NCBI GenBank assembly: GCA_045159875.1
Contig: CP067995.1
Location: 2,048,001 to 2,112,000 of the forward strand
DNA: 64,000 nt
Reading direction: 5' to 3'
From: a cyanobacterium endosymbiont of Rhopalodia gibba
GTDB lineage: Bacteria > Cyanobacteriota > Cyanobacteriia > Cyanobacteriales > Microcystaceae
The position numbers and the translations under genes were made by a program. Of the stretch, positions 12,298-24,565 are shown one piece after another (position 1 is the first letter of the stretch; every line of letters begins with the position of its first letter). The notes beneath the pieces are model-generated. The model saw only the letters and a list, made by a program, of their open reading frames with translations. It ran no database searches and was not told the DNA's origin.

Positions 12298-13806
12298 ATG
12301 GCTAGAGATCTACGGGAATTTATTAATCAACTTGAACAACGGGGACAGTTACGCCGGATTAAGGCATTAGTGGATCCTGATTTAGAGATTACAGAAATAT
12401 CTAACCGAATACTACAAGCAGGAGGACCTGGACTCTTATTCGAGAATGTCAAGGGATCGAATTTTCCTTTGGCTATTAACTTAATGGGAACCCTAGAACG
12501 TATCTGTTGGGCGATGAACATGGAAGAACCTCAAGATTTAGAAACTCTAGGTAAAAAATTAGCCATGTTGCAACAACCCAAAATACCCAAAAAAATCTCC
12601 CAAACAATTGATTTTGGTAAAATTCTTTTTGATGTGATTAAGGCGAAACCAGGTAAAAGTTTTTTTCCTCCCTGTCAACAAGTGATAATTGAAGGGGAAA
12701 ACTTAGATCTGAACAGGTTACCTCTGATTCGTCCTTATCGTGGGGATGCGGGAAAAATTATTACGTTGGGACTAGTTATTACTAAAGACTGTGAGACTGG
12801 AACCCCAAATGTGGGAGTTTATCGTTTACAGTTGCAATCTAAAACTACCATGACAGTACATTGGTTGTCCGTCAGAGGTGGGGCGAGACATCTACGAAAA
12901 GCAGCAGAAAATGGTAAAAAATTAGAGATTGCGATCGCTTTAGGAGTCGCTCCCCTAATTATAATGGCTGCGGCTACTCCTATTCCTCTAGACCTATCAG
13001 AATGGCTATTTGCAGGACTATATGGAGGGTCAGGAGTGAAATTGACTAAATGTAAAACTCTAAATCTAGAAGTCCCGGCAGATGCGGAATTTATTCTAGA
13101 AGGGACTATTACTCCAGGCGAAGTTTTACCTGATGGTCCCTTTGGGGATCACATGGGATATTACGGAGGAATAGAAGACTCGCCATTGATTCGCTTTCAC
13201 ACTATAACCCATCGCAAAGAGCCCATTTATTTAACGACATTTAGTGGTCGTCCCCCCAAAGAAGAGGCGATAATGGCAATCGCGTTAAACCGTATTTATA
13301 CTCCGATTTTGCGACAACAAGTCTCAGAAATTACAGACTTTTTCCTACCTATGGAGTCCTTAAGTTATAAAGCAGCAATCATATCTATTGATAAAGCTTA
13401 TCCAGGACAAGCAAGACGAGCAGCTTTAGCTTTTTGGAGTGCTTTGCCTCAGTTTACCTACACCAAATTTGTGATTATTGTAGACAAAGATATTAATATC
13501 CGAGATCCTCGACAAGTAGTTTGGGCAATTAGTTCTAAAGTTGATCCTTCAAGGGATGTTTTTATCCTTTCAGAAACACCTTTTGACACCTTAGATTTTG
13601 CGAGTCAAAAATTGGGGTTAGGAGGCAGAATGGGAATTGACGCTACTACAAAGATGTATCCTGAAACCGACCACAAATGGGGAGAACCTTTAGAACCTGA
13701 CACAGATGTATCTGCGATGGTTAATTGCCGTTGGGTTGAGTACGGTTTAGGGGATATTATCCTAGATAAAGTTAATGATAATCTATTTGGTTATGACATT
13801 AAGTGA
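12298..13806 (+). CDS. ubiD: UbiD-family decarboxylase (plastoquinone biosynthesis)
   Basis: MARDLREFI, NVGVYRLQ, DGPFGDHMGYY, GRPPKEEA, GRMGIDAT. Confidence 0.95.
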   Translation: MARDLREFINQLEQRGQLRRIKALVDPDLEITEISNRILQAGGPGLLFENVKGSNFPLAINLMGTLERICWAMNMEEPQDLETLGKKLAMLQQPKIPKKISQTIDFGKILFDVIKAKPGKSFFPPCQQVIIEGENLDLNRLPLIRPYRGDAGKIITLGLVITKDCETGTPNVGVYRLQLQSKTTMTVHWLSVRGGARHLRKAAENGKKLEIAIALGVAPLIIMAAATPIPLDLSEWLFAGLYGGSGVKLTKCKTLNLEVPADAEFILEGTITPGEVLPDGPFGDHMGYYGGIEDSPLIRFHTITHRKEPIYLTTFSGRPPKEEAIMAIALNRIYTPILRQQVSEITDFFLPMESLSYKAAIISIDKAYPGQARRAALAFWSALPQFTYTKFVIIVDKDINIRDPRQVVWAISSKVDPSRDVFILSETPFDTLDFASQKLGLGGRMGIDATTKMYPETDHKWGEPLEPDTDVSAMVNCRWVEYGLGDIILDKVNDNLFGYDIK

Positions 13807-14936
13807 ATAGGTGGCTATAAATAAATATAAAAAATGTAACTATTTTTTATGTCTATTTTTAATAAATTAAAGTAAGACTTATATCTCTTGAATTAATATT
13901 TTTTACATTAACTATTTTAGATAAAATTTTGTTCTATTTCCTGGGCTTAAATCATATTTATTCCTAAATATATTTAGGCGATTTTATAAGTTTTTAGTTA
14001 ATACAATTTCTCTTCTACTATATTTCCCTCATACTAGAAGTGGGTATAAAAAATAAAGATAATCCTTTTCCTTTCCATTGTATCAATTTAACTTTTAGCT
14101 AAACTATTTATATGTTGTATCCGCTGAGTAATTCTTCTTGATAAGAAGATATTTATTCCTTTATTTAGATATATTCAAAATATTTTATTTATTATTATTA
14201 CTAGAGTTTCTTCTGTTAATTTTCGAAAAAAATCAGAATTATTCTCTTTTTTAAAGAATCTATTTGAACTAAAAATTATTTGTTTAGTTAAATTTTATGA
14301 TAAACTTATCCTATCTACAATTTCTTTGATTTTCTATTATTCTGTGTTTAAACATAATATTTCTACTTTTGTTTTTGTTATGGCAAATATTTTTAAGCGC
14401 AAGTTAACTTTTATATTTCTTGTATTTATAATTTTATTAGCTGAATCTTTAGGTAGACTGGAATATAGCACTTACTCTTGTTAAACTATTTTTTTATTTT
14501 AGATTTATTTAGAGTTACTCACTCAACTATTCTTCTTTAATTATTATCCCAACTATTTTTATATACATGAAGAAATATTTCATTGACAAAGTATGAATAA
14601 AATTTTTTTAAAAAAAATCGTTACTTTAATATAGACTATTTTCTCCTTATTTTTCAGAGATAAATATGTCTTCGACAAGAAAAACTAATTATTTTAATTC
14701 TTCTAAAGATAATTGTTAATAATTTTCTACAGAGGATTAAATTGGGTTTAAAAAAGCAGTAAAAAAAATGTAAAGAAGTCAACAGAAAATATGGTTAGTC
14801 TATAACTAAACTTTTATTCCTGTCTAATTAGTGTTTAAATCTTAGAAAAGTAATTACTATTTTTTATAGTTTAGAAAATTTATAAATCTGTTAGGATTAT
14901 CTTTATTAAGACAGAGTAAATTTTAAGTTTAGAATA

Positions 14937-16342
14937 AATATAGATTATAATCTCGTTGTTATTGAAAATACTTGAGAAGCCGTTTCTGCTGTGTTAGAAG
15001 AAGCTACACGTACTTTACGTTTCGTCTAAGTTATGGGAAACAAGAACAATAATCATTAGATAAAAATTGCTCGTTATACTCTCGGTCATTTCACTCATCT
15101 TGAACAACAATGGAAAATAAAAACTCAAGGGGGTCTCGCTCCCAACTTTCTGCTATCTAAATTTAACCCAACTCATATCAAGACTTTGACACAAAAAGTA
15201 AAAGTCAATTTCAAAGAACAACATTCTCCTGTAGTATTAGCAGCAATGGGGGTGGATATCATTATTGAATCTGGAGAGTTTTGTCATTTTTTACAATAAA
15301 CTTTCGTTTTACCTAGTCGAAAATTGCGCTCGCGTACTTATCTTATTGCGACTGGTTCTATTCCTCTAATTCTTCCTATTATTAACCTCTCAGAAGTTGG
15401 TTTTTTAAACCTAAAAACTCTTTCTTTAAATAATCTTCCTCATGAGATAATTGTTCTCAGCAAAACCCCCATTAGAATTGAATTAGCTCCAAATTTAGGT
15501 CGTTTAGGTAAAAAAAATTACTTTAGTCGTTGAACAGTCTAATATTTTACACGAAAAAGATATTTCAATTATTCAACTACTTCAAGGACAATTAGAAGCT
15601 GAAGTTATACAAATATTAACCTAAAGTCCTATAACTTAAGTCAAACAAATTAATAAAAGAAAATAAAAAAAAACTAGAAATAAAGAAATTGAAGCTGAAT
15701 GAAATTATTCTAGCTATGGAAAATCAACCGAATATCAAAGGTTTGAATTTAGAAGAAGTAAAAGTTAAATTAACTTCTCAGAAGATTAAAGTTAATCAAA
15801 AACTACAAATAACTAATACTAAACTTTATACTTGTGGCAGTACTCTTGGTGGCTATAAAACCTCTAATATTGCTAAATATAAAGCTAGTATTGCCATGGA
15901 AAATTTATTGTTTTTTCCTGGTTTTAAAATAAATTATAGTCATTTTTCTTGTGTTACTTTCACCAAACTTACTTTAAGCACTGTTGGACTAACAGAAACA
16001 GAGGTAAGACTACAGAATACAACCAATATTATTGTGATTGAAGAGTATCTTAAAATCTCATATAAAGCCTAGATTATGAGGAAAATAACAGGTGTTTGTA
16101 AATTTATTACTTGGTAGAATGGAGAGATTTTAGATTTTCATTGCCTAGGGTCTCAAGGAGAAGAATTAATCGAAATAATTGAGTTAGCTATCAATCAAAA
16201 AATCCCTATTCAGGATTTAGCACATCTATTTCTCCTTTCTCCAAGTATTTGTGCGATTGTATCAGGGATAGTTCATCAGTCGAAAGATAAAAAATCTCAG
16301 AAAAGTCAATTTTTAAGCAAGTGGTCAGAACAATTATCATGA
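14937..16342 (+). pseudogene. Pyridine nucleotide-disulfide oxidoreductase (mercuric reductase/LpdA-like), degraded
   Basis: IDYNLVVI, LAAMGVDIIIESGEF, RSRTYLIATGS, IELA..LGRLG, PNIKGLNLE, VGLTE, GEIL.FHCLGSQGEELI; accounts for ORFs 15324..15533 and 15689..16072. Confidence 0.85.
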
Positions 16343-16406
16343 CTTTTCTAGACTAGCTGTTATTTTTTTAGCGAAAAAAACAGAGTTAACATCTGTTCCA
16401 AAAACG

Positions 16407-16916
16407 TTAATCAATAGGGTTTCCTGCGCGATTATAAATCATAATATCCCATTGACCATCTTGAGCAATCTCAAAAACAACAAGATCACCATCTGCATTA
16501 ATCATGGGGTTACGAACCTCTGCTTGTAGATTTTCAGTGAGGCTACGTTTTTGTTGATTCTGACGATCATAAAGATAAATATTCGATTTTCCCTGACGAC
16601 TCGTTGCAAAAACAATGTAGCGGCCATCTTCAGAAATTGAAGGGTGAGAAGCTACTTCATCGAGAGAATTTAGTCCCGGTAAATCAATCAACTGTCGTTT
16701 TTGTGCATTAAATAAATAAACATCTTGAGAGCCATTACGATCAGACACGAAAATGATATAGGAAGAGGTGACTTGGGGGGTTAATTCTGAAGATCGACTA
16801 TTTAATCCTCGTCCCCCCGGATCAAAAGTAAACGTCAGGAGACGGGGATAACTGCCACAACTATTTAAAAGAGTGGTCAAAATCGCCATCGAAATGAGGA
16901 CAAAACACTTCACCAT
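16407..16916 (-). CDS. TolB-like (PD40 repeat) lipoprotein
   Basis: Lipobox LNSC; FVSDRNGSQDVYL, PSISEDGRYIVF. Confidence 0.88.
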   Translation of the reverse strand: MVKCFVLISMAILTTLLNSCGSYPRLLTFTFDPGGRGLNSRSSELTPQVTSSYIIFVSDRNGSQDVYLFNAQKRQLIDLPGLNSLDEVASHPSISEDGRYIVFATSRQGKSNIYLYDRQNQQKRSLTENLQAEVRNPMINADGDLVVFEIAQDGQWDIMIYNRAGNPID

Positions 16917-17516
16917 TTAAGGGTTAACGATTGAAGCACCATCAGGAATATCTAACTCTATTAAAGGACCGCGATCAAACACTTCAACATCCCATTGACC
17001 CCGTTTTGCTGTTTCAAAAACAATATAGCGTCCCTCCGGGCTAATCTGGGGATTTCTCACCCAACTTCGATACCCTTGGGTTAACAATTCAGCCTGTCGG
17101 GTAGCGCGATCATATAAAGCAATATCTGGCCGTCCTCGAATACTAGAAACATACACCAGATAGCGTCCTGTTCGGCTTAAACTGGGACTGTCGAGAACAA
17201 CATTATTCTGATTCAGTCCAGGTACATTGACTAACTGTTTTTCCCGCAAATCATAAAGTAAAATCTGACTAGTGCCATTACGATTAGAGACCAAAGCCAG
17301 CCAGTGTCCATCACCACTTAGGGCTGGTTGACCATCATTATAGCGACTATTAAGTCCACCTAAAGTTTGAGAACGGTTAATAAAATCACAAGAATTCAGT
17401 AAACTTATTAAAATCAATAGAACCAAGTAATGCAAAGACAAACATAGACCAAATTTTTTACTAGAAAGAAGTTTGGACAAATTTCCTGGGATTACTTTGA
17501 TTGCTCTAGTTTTCAC
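16917..17516 (-). CDS. TolB-like (PD40 repeat) lipoprotein, paralogue
   Basis: LNSC lipobox; PALSGDG..VSNRNG, PQISPEGRYIVFE; start uncertain. Confidence 0.88.
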   Translation of the reverse strand: MKTRAIKVIPGNLSKLLSSKKFGLCLSLHYLVLLILISLLNSCDFINRSQTLGGLNSRYNDGQPALSGDGHWLALVSNRNGTSQILLYDLREKQLVNVPGLNQNNVVLDSPSLSRTGRYLVYVSSIRGRPDIALYDRATRQAELLTQGYRSWVRNPQISPEGRYIVFETAKRGQWDVEVFDRGPLIELDIPDGASIVNP

Positions 17517-17531
17517 TTGAATTAATCGAGA

Positions 17532-18356
17532 TTAATAATCGAAACGAGTAGGATTCGAATCATCATCATAGTGATCAATCTTTGATTCTTGATCAGTACT
17601 TGATGGATTTGTTTCTTTTCCTAGCTTGCGTTGTGGTTGATCAATGGGCTGATAATCGACATAATTGTCTGGTGTAGCTTTTTCGAATGGAGGATTAGGA
17701 TGATAGTCTTGATCAGATGAGGTATGAAGAGGGTGTTCTCTAGAAGATCTAGGAGTAGTTTCTGAAGCTTGACGATCTGGACGAGGACGACGAGGGGTAG
17801 GAGGTTCCTCCCACATATCAAAAGAATCATTCCAGGCATCATATGATTGAGGGGAGGGTGAACTGGGGCGACGAGGACGACGTTGACGAGTAGGTTCACG
17901 CTCATTAGTAGAGCGACGAATACTCCTAGAACTACGAGGTTCTTCATACCCTCTTAACCGGCGGTTGTTAGCATATTCTGCTTCTTCTTCATATGGTTCG
18001 AGTCGATCCAATTCAGCCTCTGTGTAGACACGGGTTTTACTTACCCGACGCTCATCATCCACGACAGGAAAATTTCGTTTAGCTTGCTCTGTTGTCGCGC
18101 CTCGCAGTCGAATAGTTTCCACGGCAAAAAATATAGCTGAACCAGTGAGGAGAAACTGTCCAAACTGCAAAATAGGATCAAGTCGCCACCCTTGAAATAA
18201 TAGAATTAAGCCACATAGTAAACCTACTGCCGCAAAAAAGATATCATGGTCTCTCGATAATTCAGGGCGGACAGATCTTAAAAAATATAAGCCAGCTCCC
18301 GCCACTGCCAGAAATATACCAAGAATGCTGGCCGAATTCAACCCAAAATTTACCAT
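17532..18356 (-). CDS. ycf66: Ycf66 family protein
   Basis: MVNFGLNSASILG..RPELSRDHDIFFAAVGLLCG..QGWRLDPILQFGQ plus a disordered R/P-rich tail. Confidence 0.93.
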   Translation of the reverse strand: MVNFGLNSASILGIFLAVAGAGLYFLRSVRPELSRDHDIFFAAVGLLCGLILLFQGWRLDPILQFGQFLLTGSAIFFAVETIRLRGATTEQAKRNFPVVDDERRVSKTRVYTEAELDRLEPYEEEAEYANNRRLRGYEEPRSSRSIRRSTNEREPTRQRRPRRPSSPSPQSYDAWNDSFDMWEEPPTPRRPRPDRQASETTPRSSREHPLHTSSDQDYHPNPPFEKATPDNYVDYQPIDQPQRKLGKETNPSSTDQESKIDHYDDDSNPTRFDY

Positions 18357-18488
18357 TACCCCTCTCTATATTCCATCTCTATAGTAGCGAGTTTTGACAA
18401 GGGATTTCTACTTTTTACTTCTAGGATATCTAGGGAACATCCCTGTCCTTAAAAACGTTAATATTTCGACTGGGACAAACGTTTTTAC

Positions 18489-18608
18489 TGTAGAATACCC
18501 GGTTGTGTCACTTTAACTAATAAAAATTGAACTAACTGTGATAGGGATAACGACGATAACATTTTTCAAAACCATACTCCACAATAAGTTCGCTAAATAA
18601 GGTGCCAT
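18489..18608 (-). pseudogene. psbX: Photosystem II subunit PsbX, premature stop and substitutions
   Basis: MAPYLANLLWSMVLKNVIVVIPITVSSIFIS*SD vs typical MTPSLANFLWSLVLGAxIVVIPATVGLIFISQxD; TAA at 18513-18515 where Gln is expected; lies upstream of ycf66 as psbX commonly does. Confidence 0.88.
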
Positions 18609-18750
18609 ATAATTTTACACTTTTTGCTACGCTTATCTATCTTATCTATCTATCTTAAAAGGTGTTTAAACAATTCCGTCAAGGCAATAACTCGAATCAG
18701 GAGAGTCTCCAAACTCACTACAAGTCTTTCAGAGACAATTGTCGATTAGA

Positions 18751-19860
18751 TTATCTCTCTGTGATGGGAGACCATTTTTGTTCGCTTGGTCCGGTATATA
18801 TAGATTTAGGACGAATAATGCGGTCATGTTCGAGTTGTTCAAAACAATGAGCTAACCAGCCCACTACTCGACTAATTGTAAATGTACTAGTAAATAGAGG
18901 CGTAGGAATATCCAGTCCATGCAAAACTAGCGCGGTGTGATATTCAACGTTTGTTTTTATACTTCGGTGGGGTTTGTATTCTTTGAGTAGCCTTAAAGCA
19001 ATTCTCTCGACATCAATCGCAAGAGTCCAGAACTTGGAGGACCCCTTGTGGTGCCAAATATCCTCGGCTACTTCTGAAAGAAGTGTCGCTCGTGGATCTT
19101 TAACTCGATAAATGCGATGACCAAAACCCATTAAACGCTCTCTAGTTTCGAACTTATGCCGTAAATAAGGCTCTATCTCCGAAGGTTCTTTGATCTCTAA
19201 TAACATGTCAATGACTGGACCCGGTGCGCCCCCGTGAAGAATCCCCTTCAAAGCACCAATAGCTGCAGTTATAGCGGAGACAAAATCTGAGCGGGTTGAC
19301 ATCACTACTCGTGCAGCGAAAGTGGATGCGTTAAGTCCATGTTCTACAACTGTGTTGAGATAGGTTTCTAATCCTCGAACATGCTCGGGAGAGGAATCTT
19401 TTCCCGTAAGCATATAGAGGTAATTAGCTGCATGACCTAATTCTGGATGAGGAGCAATTATGTTTTTATTATTGATTAATCTCCAATAAGTTGCAGTAAT
19501 TACAGGAATTGATGCAATTATCTTAAGTGCACCATTAATCCCTTCTTTATCCATACGATGTGAACGCATATCCATTGATAGACAACTTACCCCAATCCGC
19601 AAAGCTTCTGTTGGCTCAATCTGATTCTCAGCTACACTCTTTAGGACGTCTAATATCTTGGGATCAAGATCTCGATGACCTAATAATTTCTCAGTGAGTT
19701 GCTCCAATTCACCTTGGGTAGGAAGATGGCTGTGTAGAAATAAAAAAACAATTTCCTCAAAGGAAGCATTAACGGCAAGTTCTTCAAACGGAAAACCCAA
19801 TATGGTCAACTTACCTAACTGCCCATCGATCTTACTGAGGTGATTGGGAATATTGTCCAT
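18751..19860 (-). CDS. Citrate synthase / methylcitrate synthase family protein
   Basis: HGLNASTF, LKGILHGGAP, MGFGHRIYRVKDPRA, TNVEY, RIIRP. Confidence 0.92.
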   Translation of the reverse strand: MDNIPNHLSKIDGQLGKLTILGFPFEELAVNASFEEIVFLFLHSHLPTQGELEQLTEKLLGHRDLDPKILDVLKSVAENQIEPTEALRIGVSCLSMDMRSHRMDKEGINGALKIIASIPVITATYWRLINNKNIIAPHPELGHAANYLYMLTGKDSSPEHVRGLETYLNTVVEHGLNASTFAARVVMSTRSDFVSAITAAIGALKGILHGGAPGPVIDMLLEIKEPSEIEPYLRHKFETRERLMGFGHRIYRVKDPRATLLSEVAEDIWHHKGSSKFWTLAIDVERIALRLLKEYKPHRSIKTNVEYHTALVLHGLDIPTPLFTSTFTISRVVGWLAHCFEQLEHDRIIRPKSIYTGPSEQKWSPITER

Positions 19861-20176
19861 ATATTTCTATAATCTGACTGACTGAGATAGCTATCATACC
19901 GCAAGCTTCCATATATCGTAGCATAGTCAGATTATATATTGACCACTTAGGTAAAAAGCTTTGAAAGACTTATATATTGCGCATTATGTCTCTATTTTTA
20001 GTTAATTAAGATGCGCTATTAGAAGGATTTTTACATCCTCAAAAAAAATCATCTTCTAAGCTAAGGCGACAAGAGCTATATTGCATGACTATAATTTTTC
20101 CATAAGTCATCCTTTAGTTTAGATATTAAAAACAACAGTTAACCCTTTTATTAGGGATTAACTATTATCTAGCTAG

Positions 20177-21988
20177 TTACTGTGAATCTAATTTTAAGAC
20201 GGCCATAAACGCTTCTTGGGGAACATCAACAGTTCCAATAGACTTCATTCGTTTTTTTCCTTTAGCTTGTTTTTGTAATAGTTTCTTTTTACGAGAAATG
20301 TCTCCTCCATAACATTTCGCTAACACATCTTTCCGCAGTGCAGGAATATGTTCACTAGCAATCACTTTTGCACCAATCGCCGCTTGAATAGGAACCTTAA
20401 ATTGATGACGGGGAATCAACTCTTTAAGTTTTTCTGTTAAAGCGCGACCGACGAAATAGGCTTTATCTCGGTGGATAATTATAGCCAAAGCATCTACCCT
20501 ATCTCCATTCACAAGAATATCTAATTTAACTAAGGGGTTTTCTCGATAGCCGATTAAATGATATTCCATACTTGCATAACCCCGTGATCGCGACTTTAAT
20601 TGATCAAAAAAGTCAGTAACCACTTCAGCCAAAGGCAATTCATAAGTCAAAGCAGTTCTTGATAAGGTGAAGTAACGCATATCCTTAAATATCCCACGGC
20701 GATTTTGACATAATTCCATCAATGTCCCCACATAAGTTTCAGGGGTAATCATTTCTACTTGGATATAAGGTTCTTCAATTTTCTCTTGTTTTTGAGGTGG
20801 AGGAAGTAAACTAGGATTGTCAATTTTAATAACTTCTCCATCGACAGTGGTAACGCGATAAATTACTGATGGTGCCGTGGTAATTAAATCGAGATTGTAT
20901 TCTCTTTCGAGTCTTTCTTGGACAATTTCCATATGAAGCAATCCCAAGAAACCACAACGGAAACCAAACCCCATCGCGCTGGAGGTTTCAGGTTCATAGG
21001 ATAAAGCTGCATCATTGAGTTTAAGCTTATCTAAGGCTTCGCGTAGATCTTCATATTGATCCGCATCGGTAGGAAATAAGCCGCAAAAGACCATTGGTCT
21101 AGCCTCAGTATAGCCTGGAAGAGGTTTTTCAGCTGGTTCTGTAGCCAGAGTAATCGTATCTCCAACTCGCGCATTTTCTACTGTTTTGATTGCTGCGGCT
21201 AGATAGCCTACTTCCCCAGCGTGTAGACTATTTACTTGGACTTGGTTAGGAGAAAGAACCCCCAACTCATCGAGATCGTATTCTTTGCCAGAGGCCATTA
21301 ACCGAATGCGATCATCATTCTTAACAGTTCCATCCATAACGCGGAAATAAACAATAACTCCTCGATAAGGATCATAATAGCTGTCAAAAATCAAAGCCCT
21401 CAGGGGCTTATCCAACATATCTTCTGGTGGAGGAACTAGATGAACAATAGACTCTAAAATTTCATCAACTCCGATACCATTTTTAGCGGATGCCTTGATA
21501 ATATTGTTGCAATCAAGACCGACTACTTCTTCAATTTCATTAGCCACCCGTTCTGGCTCAGACCCTGGCAGGTCAATTTTATTTAAAATGGGAATAATCT
21601 CTAAGTTATTTTCCAAAGCTAAATAAACATTAGCCAAGGTTTGGGCTTCTACCCCTTGGGACGAGTCCACCACCAACAAAGCTCCTTCACAAGCTGCTAA
21701 AGAACGAGACACCTCATAAGAAAAGTCTACATGTCCAGGAGTATCAATAAGGTTAAGAACATATTCTTCGCCGTCTTTAGCAATATAGTTCATTCGCGCT
21801 GCCTGTAGTTTGATCGTAATTCCTCGCTCCCGTTCTAGATCCATATTGTCAAGGAATTGCTCTTTCATCTGTCTTTGTTCTACAGTTCCAGTATCTTGCA
21901 ACATACGGTCAGCCAGAGTAGACTTACCGTGGTCGATGTGGGCAATGATAGAGAAGTTACGAATACGAGAAACAGGAACGTCGGTCAT
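20177..21988 (-). CDS. lepA: Translation elongation factor 4 (LepA)
   Basis: [42 protein letters not shown]; start at ATG 21988 ([10 protein letters not shown]). Confidence 0.98.
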   Translation of the reverse strand: MTDVPVSRIRNFSIIAHIDHGKSTLADRMLQDTGTVEQRQMKEQFLDNMDLERERGITIKLQAARMNYIAKDGEEYVLNLIDTPGHVDFSYEVSRSLAACEGALLVVDSSQGVEAQTLANVYLALENNLEIIPILNKIDLPGSEPERVANEIEEVVGLDCNNIIKASAKNGIGVDEILESIVHLVPPPEDMLDKPLRALIFDSYYDPYRGVIVYFRVMDGTVKNDDRIRLMASGKEYDLDELGVLSPNQVQVNSLHAGEVGYLAAAIKTVENARVGDTITLATEPAEKPLPGYTEARPMVFCGLFPTDADQYEDLREALDKLKLNDAALSYEPETSSAMGFGFRCGFLGLLHMEIVQERLEREYNLDLITTAPSVIYRVTTVDGEVIKIDNPSLLPPPQKQEKIEEPYIQVEMITPETYVGTLMELCQNRRGIFKDMRYFTLSRTALTYELPLAEVVTDFFDQLKSRSRGYASMEYHLIGYRENPLVKLDILVNGDRVDALAIIIHRDKAYFVGRALTEKLKELIPRHQFKVPIQAAIGAKVIASEHIPALRKDVLAKCYGGDISRKKKLLQKQAKGKKRMKSIGTVDVPQEAFMAVLKLDSQ

Positions 21989-23365
21989 ATAGTTTCTAAT
22001 GAGAATAGGTTTAGCATAATTTAGAACTTCTTCATTATTCATTGTAATAGTGATTTTGCTAAATACTGCTAAGTCCTTGAACATAATTTTAAGTTATTGA
22101 ACTGAGAGTCCTCCTTTTTCCTTTCAGATAGTTGTTGTCCTCTAAACCTGGAATTCTTGATTAGTTGATGATAGATGTTCATTGGCTAAATTTAATACTC
22201 TCAGTTATTGATTTAGCTCTTGAAAATATTATGATTACTTAATTTATCGGGAAAGTTCAGTACAGAAAAGATACTAAATATAACAGGCTCACAAAGAGTT
22301 GTATAAATAGATGAGGTCAAAATACTGCTATATTCAAGAAATATATACAACGTTATAAAGAAACAGCAATTGAGTGCGTACAAGCAATCTATTTAATTTT
22401 TAAAAAAAATATTAAAAATAATATTAAAATAATTAAATTTATATTTTTTAAAAAAATTAAAATCTTAAATTAAACCTAGTAAATAAGAAAATAACACCAA
22501 GTAAAAGAGCATGGAATTGCTAAATTGATTAGATAATATGAGTGTGTCTTGTAAAAAAGTTGTCTGATTGCTTGATGGTAGTAGTGGTTCACATATTAAC
22601 TAAAACTACGAACAGAAATTAAAAGGATAAAGATGGGAGAGACTTTCAAGCAGTTTTTCTCTTCAGATTTTTATCTTGGATTAGGATAAATTGTAGAGGA
22701 CGATTTTAAAAAACAGCCGATATTAATGAGGGGCTAAGATTAATAAAGGTTACAAAAGTAGGATAATAAAGTTTTAGTTAGGTTAAAAAAAAGTTAGAAA
22801 AAATAATAGTTTTGACATGACAGCAACTGAATTAGAAGTTGAAGAAACAGAATTTAATTTAAATTAAGTAGATAAGGTTGTCGAAGATTTTAGTAATAAA
22901 ATACTTTTTAAGGGTTTGCGCTAGATTCAACTTTTTAGCAGAGCTTAAGTTTTCTGGGGACAGTAAAAGTACTTAAGTATTCGAGCTAACTTTTCTTAAT
23001 GTTAAATGACGACTTTGTAGGAATCTTCTAGTATATAGAATAACCCTACAACCACTTATCCATCAGTGTCAACAGGCTTTATATTGATGTGCTCAATTTA
23101 CCACTTTCTTCAGCTCATCGTCTGAATAGCTATGGCAAAAACTAGTGAAGCTTTACAAGTTAGTCTGGTTATTAACATATGCCTCAAGGAGATATTGAAG
23201 CATATTTTTAAGTAAAATTAAGGTATTATCGTTAATTATGAGTTATTATTCTAGATAACTTAGAAAAAATTTATAAAGTAATAGTCATTAAGGTAATTAT
23301 TTTACCGTTCAGTGTTACAACAAATCCTAATTAAAATAGGACTAGTATATTAAGGATGAAGTTTA

Positions 23366-23932
23366 ATGGCTTTTAATTCTCTCAATCATTTAATAATTGA
23401 TTTAACTAAGCAACCTGGATGGGCGCAATATCAACGCTATTACCGTCTATGCCAATGTTGGAATGATGTGATTGATCCCAAAATTGTTTCCCATACTCGA
23501 CCCTTATACATTCAAAGAAATTCACTCTGGGTAGCTACATCAAGTTCAGTTTGGGCTCAACATTTATCGTTACAACGTCACTTTTTCCTCAAAAGCATTA
23601 ATGCTCGATTTACTGAAGAACCTCTTGTTGATATTCGTTTTTCGTCAGCTAAGTGGCATGATTCTAAACTCGTTACAGATACCTTTGTTGAATCATCTCA
23701 TCCGAGTAAGATTGATTTTTTAGCTCCTTTGCCTCAGACTACGTCTAATAGCTTTACGACTCCAGCAATCGCTTTCCAACGCTGGACTGAGTTAATAAAA
23801 GCGAGAGCACAAGGTATGTCATTATGTCCTCAATGTCATTGTCCAACACCACCCGGTGAACTCAAACGTTGGTCACTGTGTATGCATTGTGCTACCAAAC
23901 AATGGCAGACTAATTCTACTTATTCTCAGTAA
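23366..23932 (+). CDS. DUF721/DciA-family protein with C-terminal zinc ribbon
   Basis: HTRP..LWVATSSSVWAQHL, DIRF, CPQCHCPTPPGELKRWSLCMHC. Confidence 0.85.
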   Translation: MAFNSLNHLIIDLTKQPGWAQYQRYYRLCQCWNDVIDPKIVSHTRPLYIQRNSLWVATSSSVWAQHLSLQRHFFLKSINARFTEEPLVDIRFSSAKWHDSKLVTDTFVESSHPSKIDFLAPLPQTTSNSFTTPAIAFQRWTELIKARAQGMSLCPQCHCPTPPGELKRWSLCMHCATKQWQTNSTYSQ

Positions 23933-24565
23933 TTTTACTTAAGTTAAAGAATTATTTTTGAAGAGTTTATTTAGATAAACCCATTATGGTATTGCTAGCC
24001 GCTTTTTTCATACTTAATCTCTATAGGTTCATCTAAATTAAAATCTATATTTTTTTAGGTATTAATATATATTTAATATTTAAGTAATCTATAAAACTAT
24101 TAGATATATTATTAATCTAATAATTTAGACTCAGAAATTTTTTTTTATTGGTAAAATATTTCTTTGTCCTATTTCTTGACAAGAACTACTGATTTTCTAG
24201 TCTGTTTTTGTCGTAATTATCAAATGGAAGGACGTCGGAGAAAAATATGCTAGCAGTTAAAACTGAATAGAAAGCTTACGGACCCTAGCAGTTCGACTTT
24301 TTACTACCCATTTGGAAAATTTTGGACAAGTTATCTAATTACAAAATACTTTAATAACAAAGTACTGCATTAATTCAGTCAGGGTTTTTATCTCTGAACT
24401 TGAAAATCATTCCCCTGTGAGAATAACGTCTATTTAAATGAAATATCAATCTTAACGTTAACAACTTTAATCTTTAAAAGAGCTCGTATCAGCTTTGTAT
24501 GAGCGCAATTTTAAGTTAAATTAAGAGCCAAAGGTTGAACATCGACTTAGAAAATAGGCCATAAC

